From: Perkinsus chesapeaki ATCC PRA-425
Taxonomy: Eukaryota; Protista; Perkinsozoa
Assembly (NCBI GenBank): GCA_013115145.1
Contig: JAAPAO010000075.1
Coordinates: forward strand, 25,518 to 89,517
DNA length: 64,000 bases
Direction: 5' to 3'
A program made the position numbers and the translations under genes. Positions 46,737-59,900 of this stretch are shown piece by piece. Below the pieces are notes generated by a model, which worked only from the letters and a program-made list of their open reading frames with translations, had not been told where the DNA came from and did no database searches. Within the stretch, counting starts at the first letter, position 1. Each line of letters begins with the position of its first letter.

Positions 46737-49105
46737 TTAGTCACCGAGGCGATCTCTCAGTTGGGCAATCTCACCGAGCAACTCCCTTTGCAGCTCATCT
46801 TTGGCCTGGACACATCGCATTTGCATCTGAGCAGCCGTGAAGCGACTGTGATGCATTGGACTCAAGAGGAGAATACCTCAATTGCGTCCTCACGCTCCTC
46901 CTTCAACACTGCTATCTCCCGCCGTAAGGACTCAATGATGGCCTGATGGGGACAGTGACACAATTGTAACCGTGCAGTTGCTGCTGCTGCTGCCTACGTC
47001 CTTCTCACTTAGCTGCATCTTCATGCGAGCTATCTCCTAAAAACTCATCAGTTGCAGCATATAAGATATTACTACCGTTGTAGGCGTGTCCTCCGAGTCC
47101 ACTGTTGAACTCTTCAAGGAGGCTTCACTTCGGCACCTGTTTTAAAATGCTTCAATCGCTATCACCTCAATCACACACCGTCCCCCAGCGTCATTGTTCG
47201 TCTGGCTGCTATTCATTAGCACCCCTTCACCAGGGGCACCACCATTCAGTGGATTTGCCGCGGACGACGAAGAAGCGGTTCGCCGCACTGCTTGCTCTGT
47301 CGGTGCTTCTACTAGGGCAGTACCGTCCCCCTGGGAGTCGCTGGTAGTATCTGAAAGTCCAAGTGCATGCACCCCGTATATATCATATATCCCAGTGAGG
47401 CTCTTCTACCTCGAGTTTTGGATTGCTGGCTCGGGAAGGGTCTTGCTGCTTCCCGACTGGCTCGCTCTAGGTCGGCACCCACTGTCTTTTGAACCCTGGG
47501 AAGCCACACCATAGTAGTGCAGGAGATGAGCTTGTCCGGCTTCATCGGCTGGAGCTGCAAATCTGATCTGGAGTCCTTCATTTCGCCTTCAATGAAGTGC
47601 TATTGCCTCGGTTCAAGAATTCTAGAACTTGATGCATGCTTTTCATCTGGACTAAGATATCCTGGTATTGATGGAAGATCGCCAACGTTACTGCTAGTAG
47701 TGCGCTCAAGCCGTGGCCTGCAACAAACCATTTCCCCCAAAGCAGCACTTCTACTATTCAGTACTACCAGCAACCAAGTCCAGTACAAGCAGTACGCAAT
47801 CCATAGGCAGCCACTTCGAAAATAATGAAAGCCAACTGAAGGAGCTGTTTCTAGGAGCGGCTATATATCCTTACCCCGTCGGAAGATATGCCAAGGGGTC
47901 CACATTGAGATAAACTAGCCGGGCATACAACCTGTAGCGGTGATGGGTGTAAGGAGGACAGGAGCCACTACCTGGGAAGATACTTCTTACAGCACTTAAG
48001 GTAACATCCAATCGCTGGCTCCAACAAGGGAAGCCCATCTGACCTGTATGGGATTATCGGGATGGAGATCGTGTGCCTTCGTACTACTACCATAGGCCAG
48101 AGAGGCGGGCCATGATGGAGACGAATTGTTGATAGGCTACCTCTTCAGCACAGTCCCCGCCTTCTCGGGTATGCCGCATAATTAAACAGGTCGCCACTGA
48201 CAACGAAAGAGATAGAAGGGTAATAAGGGACCAAGGGGATGTCACTCCGGCGGAGATATATTCCAGTGTAGCAGCCCCGTACTCGTTACCAACGGAGTCA
48301 TTTGGGAGTACTGCCTATATACTGATTAATAGACTACTACCGACAGGTTATCTAAGACATGAGCTTTAATACAGCTATAACGGTCCCTCAACAAGCAGCA
48401 GCAGTCCGATGCAGCATTACTACCGTAATTCATGCCTTGGGTGTAGCCGACTATCGGATGCTCCTCCACGAAACGGTTTAGGAGTATCTTAGCTTGTGAG
48501 CGTGCACCTGCCGCCGACGAAAGATTCGAGAAGGTCCGCTCCAAATCCAAGTCGATAGCGGCTAGATTTGTAGATGGGTGAGATTTCTCGAGATCGTCAC
48601 TTTCCTGGGATACACCATTATCTGTAGTGGCAGCAGCCATTGGTAAAACAATCCTATATAGCCCACAGGCAGCAGCAGAAGCAGTAACACCGTGCTACCA
48701 GCCCTCATCACCGAGATCCTTTTCTTCAGCCAAACGATGGGGCGTCTGCTACTACTGGACGGAATTTAGGATATCTACTATTGCATTGAGATAAGCTCAA
48801 CTGCTTAAGACAACTTTCTGCTCCTCGTGGAAGATAAAGCGCATCTTTTGCCTTGATACAACGTTAAACAGTATGCTGCTAAAATATATGATATCCCTCC
48901 TCCTCCTCCATGACTCCATAAAGCCTGCTATTTGCCTCTTAATGGGACTGTAACTGCCATATCGGGGGAACAGGTTACATTCACCCCCCACGGATTCAGT
49001 CATCACATACACTCTTCGTATATCAACCGAGTTAACTAACCTACCAGTATGTGCTGTGCTGTGTATCGTATGGTACCTGCTGCTGTATATTATTATTATC
49101 ACCAC
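46737..49105 (-). CDS. TBC-domain Rab GTPase-activating protein with C-terminal coiled coil, multi-exon
   Basis: IDLDLERTF (Arg finger) and GYTQGMNY (Gln finger) in 48326-48640. Last exons IIESLRREIAVLKEERE and ELQRELLGEIAQLRDRLGD-stop. The 5' limit is approximate. Confidence 0.75.
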
Positions 49106-49438
49106 AGACTGCCATGCTATATAACAATATCATCAAAAAGGCATCCAGCATCCGGCAGTCTACAGCTTGCAGATTCCAATCCCGCTTGCTCAATTTCTAT
49201 CCACCCTTCACGTACTGTTCATGTTTGATAAGTCATCACTCACTACTCAACAAGACTCTGTAATAAGTGATCAAGTAATTGCAGTCTGACTTCAACTACA
49301 GTTACGGTATAAGAGAGATGATGATGATATGGTGGTGGTAGTAGTAGTAGGGCTCTTCAATGGTTCACTTACCCTTCTCATGGGGTTGTATAGGGAACAG
49401 TCTTTCGTAATAGCAAACGTATTTAAACAGGAAGGATA

Positions 49439-51056
49439 TTAATATATCCCCCCTCCTCCTCTACCGAAACCATTGCCACCCAAATGCACACAGTTCAGGC
49501 TGGTGGCCTGCTGCAGATGATAGCTGAGAGAGAATCTTCAACGTGGCGAATCTAGACCATCCCTACCGAAGGACATCTGTAGTCTGCTTTTCCCTTCGTA
49601 AAGCAGCTTCAGCCTCCTCGAGCTTCTTCCTCAACTCCTCAACCACAGCAGGTTCCTCAGTGCCCGTCCCAAAGCTGCCAGCCTAATAGAGCCCTGCAAA
49701 GCAGCCTTCCCCCTCTTCAAAAAGCTTACTTGATCTTGGCAATGGTTCGTTCGTGAATTTAAGATATGAAGTGCCCGATATAAAACTGCCGAGAAGAGCA
49801 TACCACCACCCAACCAATTGCCGTATTACCTTTATTAGCAGTTTTATGACGATGCAGCTTCTTTTGCAATTCCTCTACTTCCTGCTTCGAGCCCGCCGAT
49901 TCGGCAGCAGCCCTCTCCCTCACACAACGCTCGTATGCCTCTAGTACCTTCCTATATAATATCAGACAACTGATAAGGGTAGGTAGTACCTCGCAAGCAC
50001 GTTGCTTGGCGATAGCCAGAGACGGGGATCCTTGCAAGTGGAGGACCTATGAAGATGGGCGCTAGATCCCTAAAGATTCTCCAGAGCTCACTAAGCGTTC
50101 CGCCCATTGTTCGCCAGTTAGATCAGCATGCTCTGATACCATTGCATCATGGCCTCTTTTGGTGCCACTCTTTACACTAGTCGACAGATCAGAACTACTA
50201 GCAAGTGGCTGTTCGACCGTGGTGCAACCTAAGATACACCCTGGATGCCCCTCCTTGCCTCTACTACCTTCATCATCCTCATCATCACTTTCCAACCGAC
50301 GTTTTCCAGCCCGGGAGGTCGGCACCGGTCCACTAGAGGCGTTGGCAAGCTGCCGTAGAGATATAGAGGCATCAGCCACGCTGTTGTTGCAGGTCTCGAG
50401 GATGGATGATGCTATCTAAAAACATAACACACCAAATGCTGACTTAAACCTTTTTGAGAGACTTGAACGAAACGGATTTGCTCTACGAAAGATACTCCAA
50501 GATGGAAACATTATCAAGATGTACTAACGAAGAGGTCAAAGCCAAAGATACTTTTGAACTTACTCCTCGGTTGATATCGGGAAATCGTTTCTGAAGCTCG
50601 GAAAGATTCTCCTCGAAAGTTTCCGGTCGGCTCGTATCCCAGACGGGCCCTGAAAGATACCCAATGGAGATGACATTGAAAAGGAATCTTACGGTCTGGT
50701 CGAGGGCTATCAAGTTGCATGGTACGGATGCGTTTGGGGTTGCCAGAAGAATGCATTAGGCCAGGAGTGCTGGCAAAGGGAGAACGGCGCTCGGGTGATG
50801 GGGCAATGAGCACTGATGAGATTATTTGACGAGAGAGCGGTATGAAAGCTTACCTTCATTGGAGAATATAGAAGAGCGATGAGGTATCATTAATAATACA
50901 AATAACACAGACTAGAAGATACTTATGAGGTTGATAGGACCATAAGCGCCGGCTGCAGCAGAAGAGGAGCACGTGCTGGAAGAAACGACGAAAAAGCACG
51001 ACTTCGGGTTCGAACCCCGGTGGAGGCATTTCTCCTCCCGGAAAATCGATGAGCAT
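49439..51056 (-). CDS. CUE-domain ubiquitin-binding protein with coiled coil (plant-type 'ubiquitin system component Cue' architecture), spliced
   Basis: LSELQKRFPDI (CUE-like), LTGEQWAERLV, VLEAYER, coiled coil, and terminal TDVLR-YHLQQA. These parallel the EWVELFV...LHLKQA blocks of the plant family. Confidence 0.6.
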
Positions 51057-51626
51057 TGAACAAATCGTTTTTACAACACAAAGGAGAAGGCTCTATCTAA
51101 CCTACTCCTTTATCTTTCCACACCGTATCCTGCTCTCCCTACCTAGCTTCAATAGTCAAAAGCTTGAGTTAAGTTAAGATACCTGTTAACATCATCATCA
51201 GCACCTTAATGCGTCGTGAGACCGTTGATGGCGTCTCTAGGTGTATCCTACAGCCCAATCGTCTAGGTAGCTCCTCCTCGTCATCCTCATCCAAGGCAAC
51301 ACCTAATAGAGTAGTCCGCCTTACCGCCGCAGTAGGGCTAGCCACAAAGGGTGGGAGGAAACGGTCCGGGTAGGCAGGCTACCGTTGGTGATAATCTTAC
51401 CTTGCTGCTACGCCGTCTTTTAGTACTGTTTGCTGTATATTGACTCGATAACATATATCAGTATTGAAAGGCATAGTGTGGTGCCCCTACCGATAGATAT
51501 ATCTTGGATCCTTCCCTAAGATATATCCTCCGAATCTAACACTTCGGGTGTCCTAGAGCCCCTAATAGATCACAACAGTTTCCTAGCCTCCTTCAATCTC
51601 TTGCCATAGGTCCTCTGAGGCCTCCG

Positions 51627-53690
51627 GTGAGCTCCGGTCTTCACCGCTCAGCAATAGTGGTCGGAAGAGGCCCCGGTCAAGTCCTCTTGGCGAGGCTGAG
51701 GACACTCCAGCCGGCTATGGCTATCGAGGGGAGCGGCGGCGCATTGCTGAGCTACTCGACAAGAAGGCTGGCGGTGGTGATGAAGCCTCTGATTCTGGTA
51801 ATGCTGAAGTCTGGGCTGGAAGGTCAAGTGGGGGAGGGCTCAGGTTTGGTATCGATCGACTGCTCTGATAGCTGGGGCAGTGATACCAATCGGAGTCCAA
51901 GGAGCGTATCACCTAATAGGGCTCAAGCCCATGGTGGTGGTGGCCCATCCAAGGTGGTGGTGGAGGAGGAGGTAAGGCTAGAGGCTCCCTATAGTGGTGT
52001 ATGGCCCGACGCAGGTGCAGGAGGCGGAGGCACCGGCGGGCACTGAGGGGTAGGGATTGATGCAGCTGAGGGGCATGGCAGTGATTTGTATTTTAGATCA
52101 TCTCTGCCGATTGACATCATAGAGTCGATAAAGGACTTTGTTTTCGAACAGTTCTCCGAGCCTGAGGAGGAGAGCTCAGACGAGAGACTGGCAACTATTG
52201 CCGAAGTTGGACAGGTAATTATGGAGTACCCCCTTGCAGATGGGATTAGAAGGAAAGTTGGTATCAGGTTTTGTTGGAGGACTCTGCCAAGTATGCTGAT
52301 AAGGTAGTGTCAACTGAGGTGGTGTTATATCCACCTTCCCCTTCTAGGATACTATGTTGGCCGAACTTAGAGACTTGACGCCTATAATTGGGGGACAGGA
52401 CGCGGTCGAGCAGTAGGGGTGGTGGAGGCTGCTCACCGCCGCGGCCGTCGACTGGTGTTGCAGGTTCGTAGACCGGCTTTTGGAGCTCAGGCAGGGTCTA
52501 TTGGACAGTACGGCTGAAAGGGTACCAAGGCGAGAGGGGTGGTGTCATCATCAGGTAGGGCTAAGGCGGAAGATAGTCCAAGATCGGGGAAGGTGGAGAA
52601 GGGGGAATCTACCAACGTGTAATGATAAGCCACTAGGCAGGTGTATAACCCCAATCAGGCCGCCTTCGCCAGCAGCGGTTCGCCGAGTCACCCTCAAGCC
52701 GCGTGGGTCTACTAGTGTGGAGGCGGTCCCTGTCCCAGCAGGGCACCCCTCCCCTTTCCGACCGATGGCCGCCGGCCCTCCTCCTCCTGTTAGACCCCAA
52801 GGGGCATCGGCTAGTAAGGCTGGACTAAGGCTGGATCCTTGGCACTCTGAAAGTCCAGATTGGTCTGGCCGGACATTCTCTCGGCAGCAGCAGCATCAGC
52901 AGCCAGCTGCTCAGTATCCTATACCGCCCCCACCCCCTCCTCCTCCGCCACCGCCCCCTCCTCCGCCTGGAGCAGCACCATCATATAGAGTAAGCAACTC
53001 CTAAACTTCGGTAGTAGTGGTAATGACGGATGTTTAGGTTCAAAGCCCGCATGGTGGTCATGTCCAAAGGTAAGGTAACTAATAAGATAGGATAGTACCA
53101 ACTGCCCAGGGTGGCGTCGGATCCAGCAACATCAGCAGCAGCAGGCTTTGGGAACCTTACCTACAATCCTTCGGGGGAGCCTACTCAGGTGGGATGGGCC
53201 CTAGGAGAGAAGAAGAGTCTCGTTGTAGGTGGAGAAATTACGGCGGGCCGAGGCGGAGCGGAAGAGGTTTTTGGAGCAATGCACTAATAATATAAAGTCA
53301 ATACTGGAACAGATGAACGCTCCGGGTGTTACTGCTCAACAGAAGAAGGTGATAGCTGGTTTTCACGCGCCACGAAATTGATGAGTTAGAAATACGTGAT
53401 GATGATCGATAGATTGAAGTCTACAATGGAGCGGATGCGAGCCGCCCAGGATCGTCCTGTCACCCCGAAGGCAGCGCCAGCAACACCCAAGACACCGTCG
53501 ACGGAGCAGCCCGCTGCTAAGGTGCACCGAGTCGGGTAGGCCCCTCCTCCTCCTTCGTATATGTGATAGGGTCATGGGTAGATACTATGGTAACGTATGG
53601 GTTAGTAGTACAGCTGGTACTCAACCGACGTCTGCTGCTGCTGCTGGGAAGGTAGTGGGGCACAAGGGGAGTGGTAGTGACCAGCCGTAG
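51627..53690 (+). CDS. Multi-exon Pro-rich hypothetical protein
   Basis: Coding-like exons (IIESIKDFVFEQFSE, poly-Pro at 52920-52968, DRLKSTMERMRAAQ) separated by short GT-AG introns. Function not recognised; ends approximate. Confidence 0.45.
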
Positions 53691-54747
53691 GGGAAATTAA
53701 TAAATGATTATCGGAGCGGTGATCGGAACTTCGAGAGTGGATATGTTGGAGAATATTATATGTTTGTAATAGTGGTCCAATGTTGTTACGGAACTGCCTT
53801 TATGAGCCTCCTACGTTATCATTTCAACTGGTACGTGAATATAGTATCTCTATAAGGAGTAATAGAATTAACTCTTTTATAAATGATATTTTGCAGCTCA
53901 TCTGCTCAACTTGAGCTCGTGATTTTATCGGTGGGCTTTCTGAGGCATCATCGGAATGTCGCAGAGTAACACGATCATATTCACCAATGTCAGGCAGCAC
54001 CGGGCCTGCAGAGCACAGGGTCACCCAAGGGCGGTGGAGGGGGGATACTACCCGCCTATATACTGCGAACACATAATGTCGTACCGGTGGATTCACCTGA
54101 GAGCCCCAATCATAAAGGAAATGAAGAGGTACTAGTCGGGAGGGGTGGGTGGGAAGCAGCAGCAGCAGAGCCGGGTAGCAAACATTCCCAGGCAACTTGC
54201 TAAATTGCTCTGTGTGGCAACTAAGGCTCCAGCGTGACTTGTCGGTATCTCTCTCTTTACCTTTAATAGCTCCATCACGGTCTCCCAGAGAGAGAGAGAG
54301 TAGTTTGGTAGCTGCTGAGTAGTGGGACGGATCCAGAGCCTACATACGCATTGTTCGCTTCCTAATTCACAGATGTACCTCGAATGCCCTTATCTATCTG
54401 CTAGCTTTCTGAGAGTATGTATAGTGATATGGTTTATCAAGATTATTCGGTAGGTAGTTTTTTATTTTCCATTTTCACTTATCGTAAGGAGGTCACTCTA
54501 GCCCATGATTGACGGTGGCAATACGAATATATGAGCACAGAGCAAGCGTGGAAGGACTCCTGCTCATTGTAGAAAGGATGAGGTTGATAGTGATGTTAGT
54601 AGTATTCGTAGGTATGTAGGTATTCACAAGGTGGATAGTAGGTCGTATATCGGTCAGCATTGAAGGGGCTTATTAATCACTTTAATCTTAATAATATTCC
54701 CGGTGTGGTTGCTCTTCCCATAACCCCCTCTCAAATGTGTTGCTCAG

Positions 54748-56990
54748 ATGAGTAATAATGAAGAGGATTTCACCAGTGATGATACAGAGTCTCCCGAATT
54801 GTTGATTCACCCTGAAGACGATGGTAAGTCGGTGATGGTCACTATAGTACTCATAGTACTCAATACTACTACTACTGCTCCTTGCCTTTCTGGCTTACCG
54901 TTGCGCTCGATGTGAAGTCCCGGATAGTGGTGAAGGGTGAGCTGTTATCGGTTGTTATGTTGTTGGATGCGGCTGCTGCCCGGGTTAAGGTGGCGAGGGT
55001 CTGATAGGCTGAAGTATAGTGTTTAATTATATTGATGACTTATTAGTTATCCCGGCGGCGGTTACCAATGCCTATTCTTCTCAGAAGCTGTGTACTCTAG
55101 TGGAGATGAGGAAGGGTGATGACAGTAGACGACGACAACGACGACGTTATTATCATTATCCCACCCACTGCTATATTTTCTATCACGCTCATCATCATCA
55201 TCATGATCAGAGTTGGTCTTATTGGCAGCAGTAGCAGGAGCAGGAGGCTCGAATAGCGACTTAATCGGGACAGTTACACGTGAATTGGCTCCTTCTTTTA
55301 ATTATAATGACATCACCGCCCTCACCCCCACCACCAGCAGCAGCAGGCCAACCGCCGCAGGAGTCTCCGGCAATAGTCTCGCGACAGACAACAACAGCAG
55401 CAGCTTCTCCGAGGGTCGACACAAGCTCGATCGACTTGGAGCAAATACGTCAAGTTCTGTCGTTGAGGGACCCAGAGTTGTTGAAGCATGTTGAGACATA
55501 CATAAGACTGAAGAACATGCTCGATAGGCAGGCTAGGATCATCGAGAACGCTCTTACTGGCCAACAGCAACAACCACACCACCAAAGCAGATTCTCCGTT
55601 CTGGACACGGCCTCGTCTACACCTACCGCGCTGTCAGTGCGGCCGAGTGGTGACCCGAATGGTGGGATGGTGTTGGTTGAAGGTCCGCCTCCACCGCCTC
55701 CACCGGCTCCTCTTCCTTCGATGGGGCCGCTAGGGGCAGATATGCTGCATCACTCGATGGGAGGGCCACCAGGGTTGATGGTAATGAACGGTGGTAATAT
55801 GTCGGGAGGTATGGAGCCGTTGGATCTGGAGGCTTTGTTAAACAATAAAGAAGAGGAGACTAGGACAACGTTAATGATGAAGAAGATACCCAAATAGTAA
55901 GTAGGCGGCTGCTTCAATAGAGCGGGGGGGTAGAGGGAGTTGTGCTATGTCATCAGCCAGTAGGAATGTTTCGTTTCGGTAGTCTAGAAACGTATTTTCT
56001 AGTGAAGCTATTTTGTCCGAGGGGATTAGGTAGCAAGTTGGAGTCGTAAGAATGTTGTTATTGCGGTGATAATCATACAATGCAGACTCTCATTGTACTT
56101 CTCCGCTTCACCATACACTCCGATGAGTCAAAGTTAGGTGTACTCCTACACGAAAGTTCGATGTGTTTGATCAGCAATAGGTGGAGCAATTCCCTTGGAC
56201 CGCATTTCTGGGAGTAGGCTAGTTGCCTCCTCCATTCCTGCTCATCATCCTCTGTATCAATCTCTCCCTTGTCAGTTTTACCGTATTCCACCTGCAGCAA
56301 GCTCTGGATGCCTGTTGCCCATACGTCAATGATGAGCCTTGTTACGACCTGCTCTACCTCCCAGCTGACGTCCATGGTGTTGCCAATCGTGGCTTTGCTT
56401 TTGTGAATCTACGCTCCCCGCAGCATCTTGTCGTTTTTGCTGCCCACGTCGCCAATCTAACCTTCCCAGCGGGTCGCGCTGGCGGTGGCGGTAAGGCAGG
56501 CGGTGCGAGCGGCTTCAAAAGATGTGAAGTGTATTTCGCCAGAATACAGGGACGCGAGGCCACCCTGGCGAACCTGGAGCAGAGCAGCAACAGCTCCGGT
56601 CACACTAACAGCAGTGCTGGCTTCCGCGCCATGATTGAGTCCCTCGGCACGAAACCATTGATAATCGGTTTTGGTGCAGCCCCGATGCGTCGCTCAAAGG
56701 AGCGTCGGCATCCATCTATGGTCATGGACCCTTCGGCGGCGGCGGGAATGGCCGCTGGTGGTCCTAGTGTTTGCTCTACGTGTTTTTATGAAAGAGACCC
56801 ATCCAGAGGTTTGGAGTGCGCCTGCAATATGCCACAAACAGAGCATGGGTTCCCACCCGATGAGGAGGAGCCATCATCGCATTTCCATTCTAGTATGGAT
56901 AATATTGATGAACATGGACCACCGGGAACCGATACCAGTAGCAGCACCACCGAGGCCAACGATCAGCTACCTGAGTGTGCTCAACAGTAG
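54748..56990 (+). CDS. Mei2-like RNA-binding protein (C-terminal RRM3 type), spliced
   Basis: ETRTTLMMKKIPKY, YDLLYLPAD, ANRGFAFVNL and YFARIQG match the Mei2 RRM3 signature. An intron joins IPK-Y to FTVFHLQ in frame. Confidence 0.88.
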
Positions 56991-57852
56991 CTTCATCGTC
57001 ATATCTCCTTGGAGGGCTTTCATCAGCGGCCTTCGTATCAACTGCTGGCGCCTTTGCGTCTGACGGATACGGAATCCTCGACCGCCGTCGTCGAGGGTTT
57101 TGTTAGTACGCCGATAATTATTCTGCTGAACTTTAACTCCGGCGACACCAGTGCATACTATCATTTTCTTTTAATTCGGTCTACTCACCATCATCCTCCT
57201 CCCCTCCTGCTTGTCGTCATCGTCGCTCCCTCCTTGGTATTAGCGTATCTTGATTATTTTCTCAACCTCTTTCTGATTACTATTTGTAGTTGATAATCCC
57301 AAATGGCATGGCTTCTTCTTATTGACTTCTAGTATATAGATACTAGTCTAAGGCATCAGCAACAGCAACAGCTCTGGCGGTGGCGGCGGCGTCATCCCTG
57401 TGCGAGTGTCGTTCCCTTCCTATTATATCGGCTCTACTGGTAGTAGCCATTCCTCAATAGCCTATCTATCACTCTTACATCGCAACTCTTTTAACCTAGG
57501 TCTGCTCTTGCTGCCGCCACATGCTCTGTTTTTGTATACATCCTCCTTCTCCTCCGCGTTAGCCTCCGGTCCGTGCTGCTGCTGCTACTGTAGCCGTGGC
57601 CATCGCCCTCTTCAGTGGCTGCCTGCCTGGCATAGTGTGCTGCTGCTGCATCATTGTTGTTATCGTTACGTAGTGGTGCGGCGCTCTTTCGGGTCTAGAA
57701 ACAGTCTGTTGTGTTAAGAGAGTATTGCTTAAAACGGGAGAGGCCATTACTAGCATAGGACTCAAAAGATATTTTCGAGGTCAAGTTGGCTGCACCGCGT
57801 TCGGTCTCAACGCTCCATTGATTATTCAGCTTTTCCTAATCACCCTTTTGTA

Positions 57853-59900
57853 ATGGCTCAGCCGTTCAGATACAAGAAGCCACGGCGGCCTGTGGTAGAT
57901 CTCGAAGGTGAAGATGAGAGCGAGATGGCCGCCATCGACTCTCTCATCGCCGGCCATGATGTCAGCTTGGTGTGCCCAGATGCCCCGGGTACCACTGATG
58001 AAAGTGGCAGGAAGATACTCCGACCGGTGATCAAGTAAGATACCCCCCTCCGCACTGTGAAGATTTTTGGGGCAAGTACGTGACATAAAGAAGCGGCGTC
58101 TTGATGAGTGTAGCGACTTTGACACTAGTTGGATGTTCCGCACAAGCTCTATAGGAAATCGAGTTAGTAGAAATTTGCAGGAAGCGAATTAGCTCGGATA
58201 TGAGTACACCTGCTGTAGAGGTTTTCTTGAAAATCCAAGATGTTGGGTACTGTATCTTCTACAGGTACGGCGAACGACCAGAGCCAAGGAGGCGTGTGGG
58301 TGAAGATGCCTCATCAAGTGGGCAGCAGCAGCAGACCAAGGCTGTGCCGCCGCCTCACTATCGATGTCATCGTTGCGGTGAGCCGGGACATTATATATAC
58401 GATTGTCCAACCAACGAGGACCCCACGTATACCTCCAAACAGAAGGTGTGGCACTTCTTCCTTTACTTGCCATATAGTACCTCTGATACTCAGGTGAAGT
58501 CGGCACGAGGAGTACCCCGGCAGTTCCTTCGAGTGGTATCCCGAGAGGAGGCCCAAGATATGACGGAGGACGTTTACATTCTCCCAAATGGTGAGGTTCA
58601 CTCGTTACTATTATATAACCATATCACTCCTCGGCATCATCCTTCTTTGTACCTGTGTATTGGCGTATATATTCTACTGCGTCTTTATAATCATTTTATA
58701 AGGATTCATCCCTTGAAATGATAACCGTTGAGGTTATAAGCCCTAAGGTATTTAATAACCCCGAGTCTATCACCGCAATATTACCTCGTAATTAAGCAGA
58801 GGGAGCATCGCTCACTTCTCAGGTGATTACGCTGTTATGAAGCAGGTCTCTGATGAGGAACGGAAGAAAATTGTTGGGGAGTCGGAGAAGGAGCGAATGA
58901 CGAGAGTACCCCCCATCCTCTGCCGAGCCGCCAAATGCTATACTTCAGGTTTTCTCGGACGCAGATTGGCGCGTTCAACAGTTGTTGTTGTCCTGTGGCA
59001 TTTGCCATCAGCTGCCCACTGAAGCTGAAGTCACTCCTTGCTGTGGCAACCTTTACTGTCGGAAATGCGTCGTCGAGCATTTGGCAAAGTAAGCATCGAT
59101 TCTTAATACGCAATGATATTTATATCCTCTCAGAACTCACTCCTGTGTCGACGGCACACTGTGGCCTAACAAATGCCCGGGCTGCAATCAAACCCTGAAA
59201 CTGTCATCTTTAATCCCGGATAGACGTATTCGTGAACAAGTGAGAGTCCCAACATTCCACATGACCACCTTATTCACTTCCAGTTACATTTCATCGCCTA
59301 CGGTAAGAAGCTCCCGCAGAAGAGACCTCAGTCGGCAGCAGCTCATAATAGCAGAAGGCAGCATAAGCGTCTATCTGGTGAGAAAGGCCACCATCTCATT
59401 GAGTCCACTAGTTACCATCTAGGTTCCAAGCTGCTGCGGAAGAGCTCCAAGAAGTCTCGGATAGAGTTGAGTGTGAAGATCGGTGGCCCATCATCTGCGG
59501 CGGCGGCGGCGGCAGGCGGCTGGTCTCGTACTGATAAGGAGAAAGTTGTTGTTACTAAGGGTATCAATCCAACCATTTCATCATTATGCCGTTTCCATCA
59601 TCGACAAACTGTTCTCATGGTTCCATTTACAACACCAGTATCAGCAGCAGCTCCATTGAGCCGCGTCACCACCATCATTAGTAGTTCTGAACATCATCTG
59701 TCACGCCACTTGACAAGTCTGAAATTCGGCAAGTGCATATGCTATGGGTTGCGGGGTCTTCGGGTTCGAGGGGTAGCGGGGCTTATCACAGCAGGATTTG
59801 GAGTTCTATCGAAGCGGTTGTGTTATCAATGGTGGGGTGGTGATGTGCTTCATTCATTTCAGTTCTTGGCGGCCCACTCAAACCGAATCTTCCGAAGACG
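57853..59900 (+). CDS. Mpe1/RBBP6-like zinc-knuckle plus RING protein, spliced
   Basis: PPPHYRCHRCGEPGHYIYDCPTNED followed by VKSARGVPRQFL, then RING-like TPCCGNLYCRKC. No DWNN domain seen. The 3' end is approximate. Confidence 0.75.
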
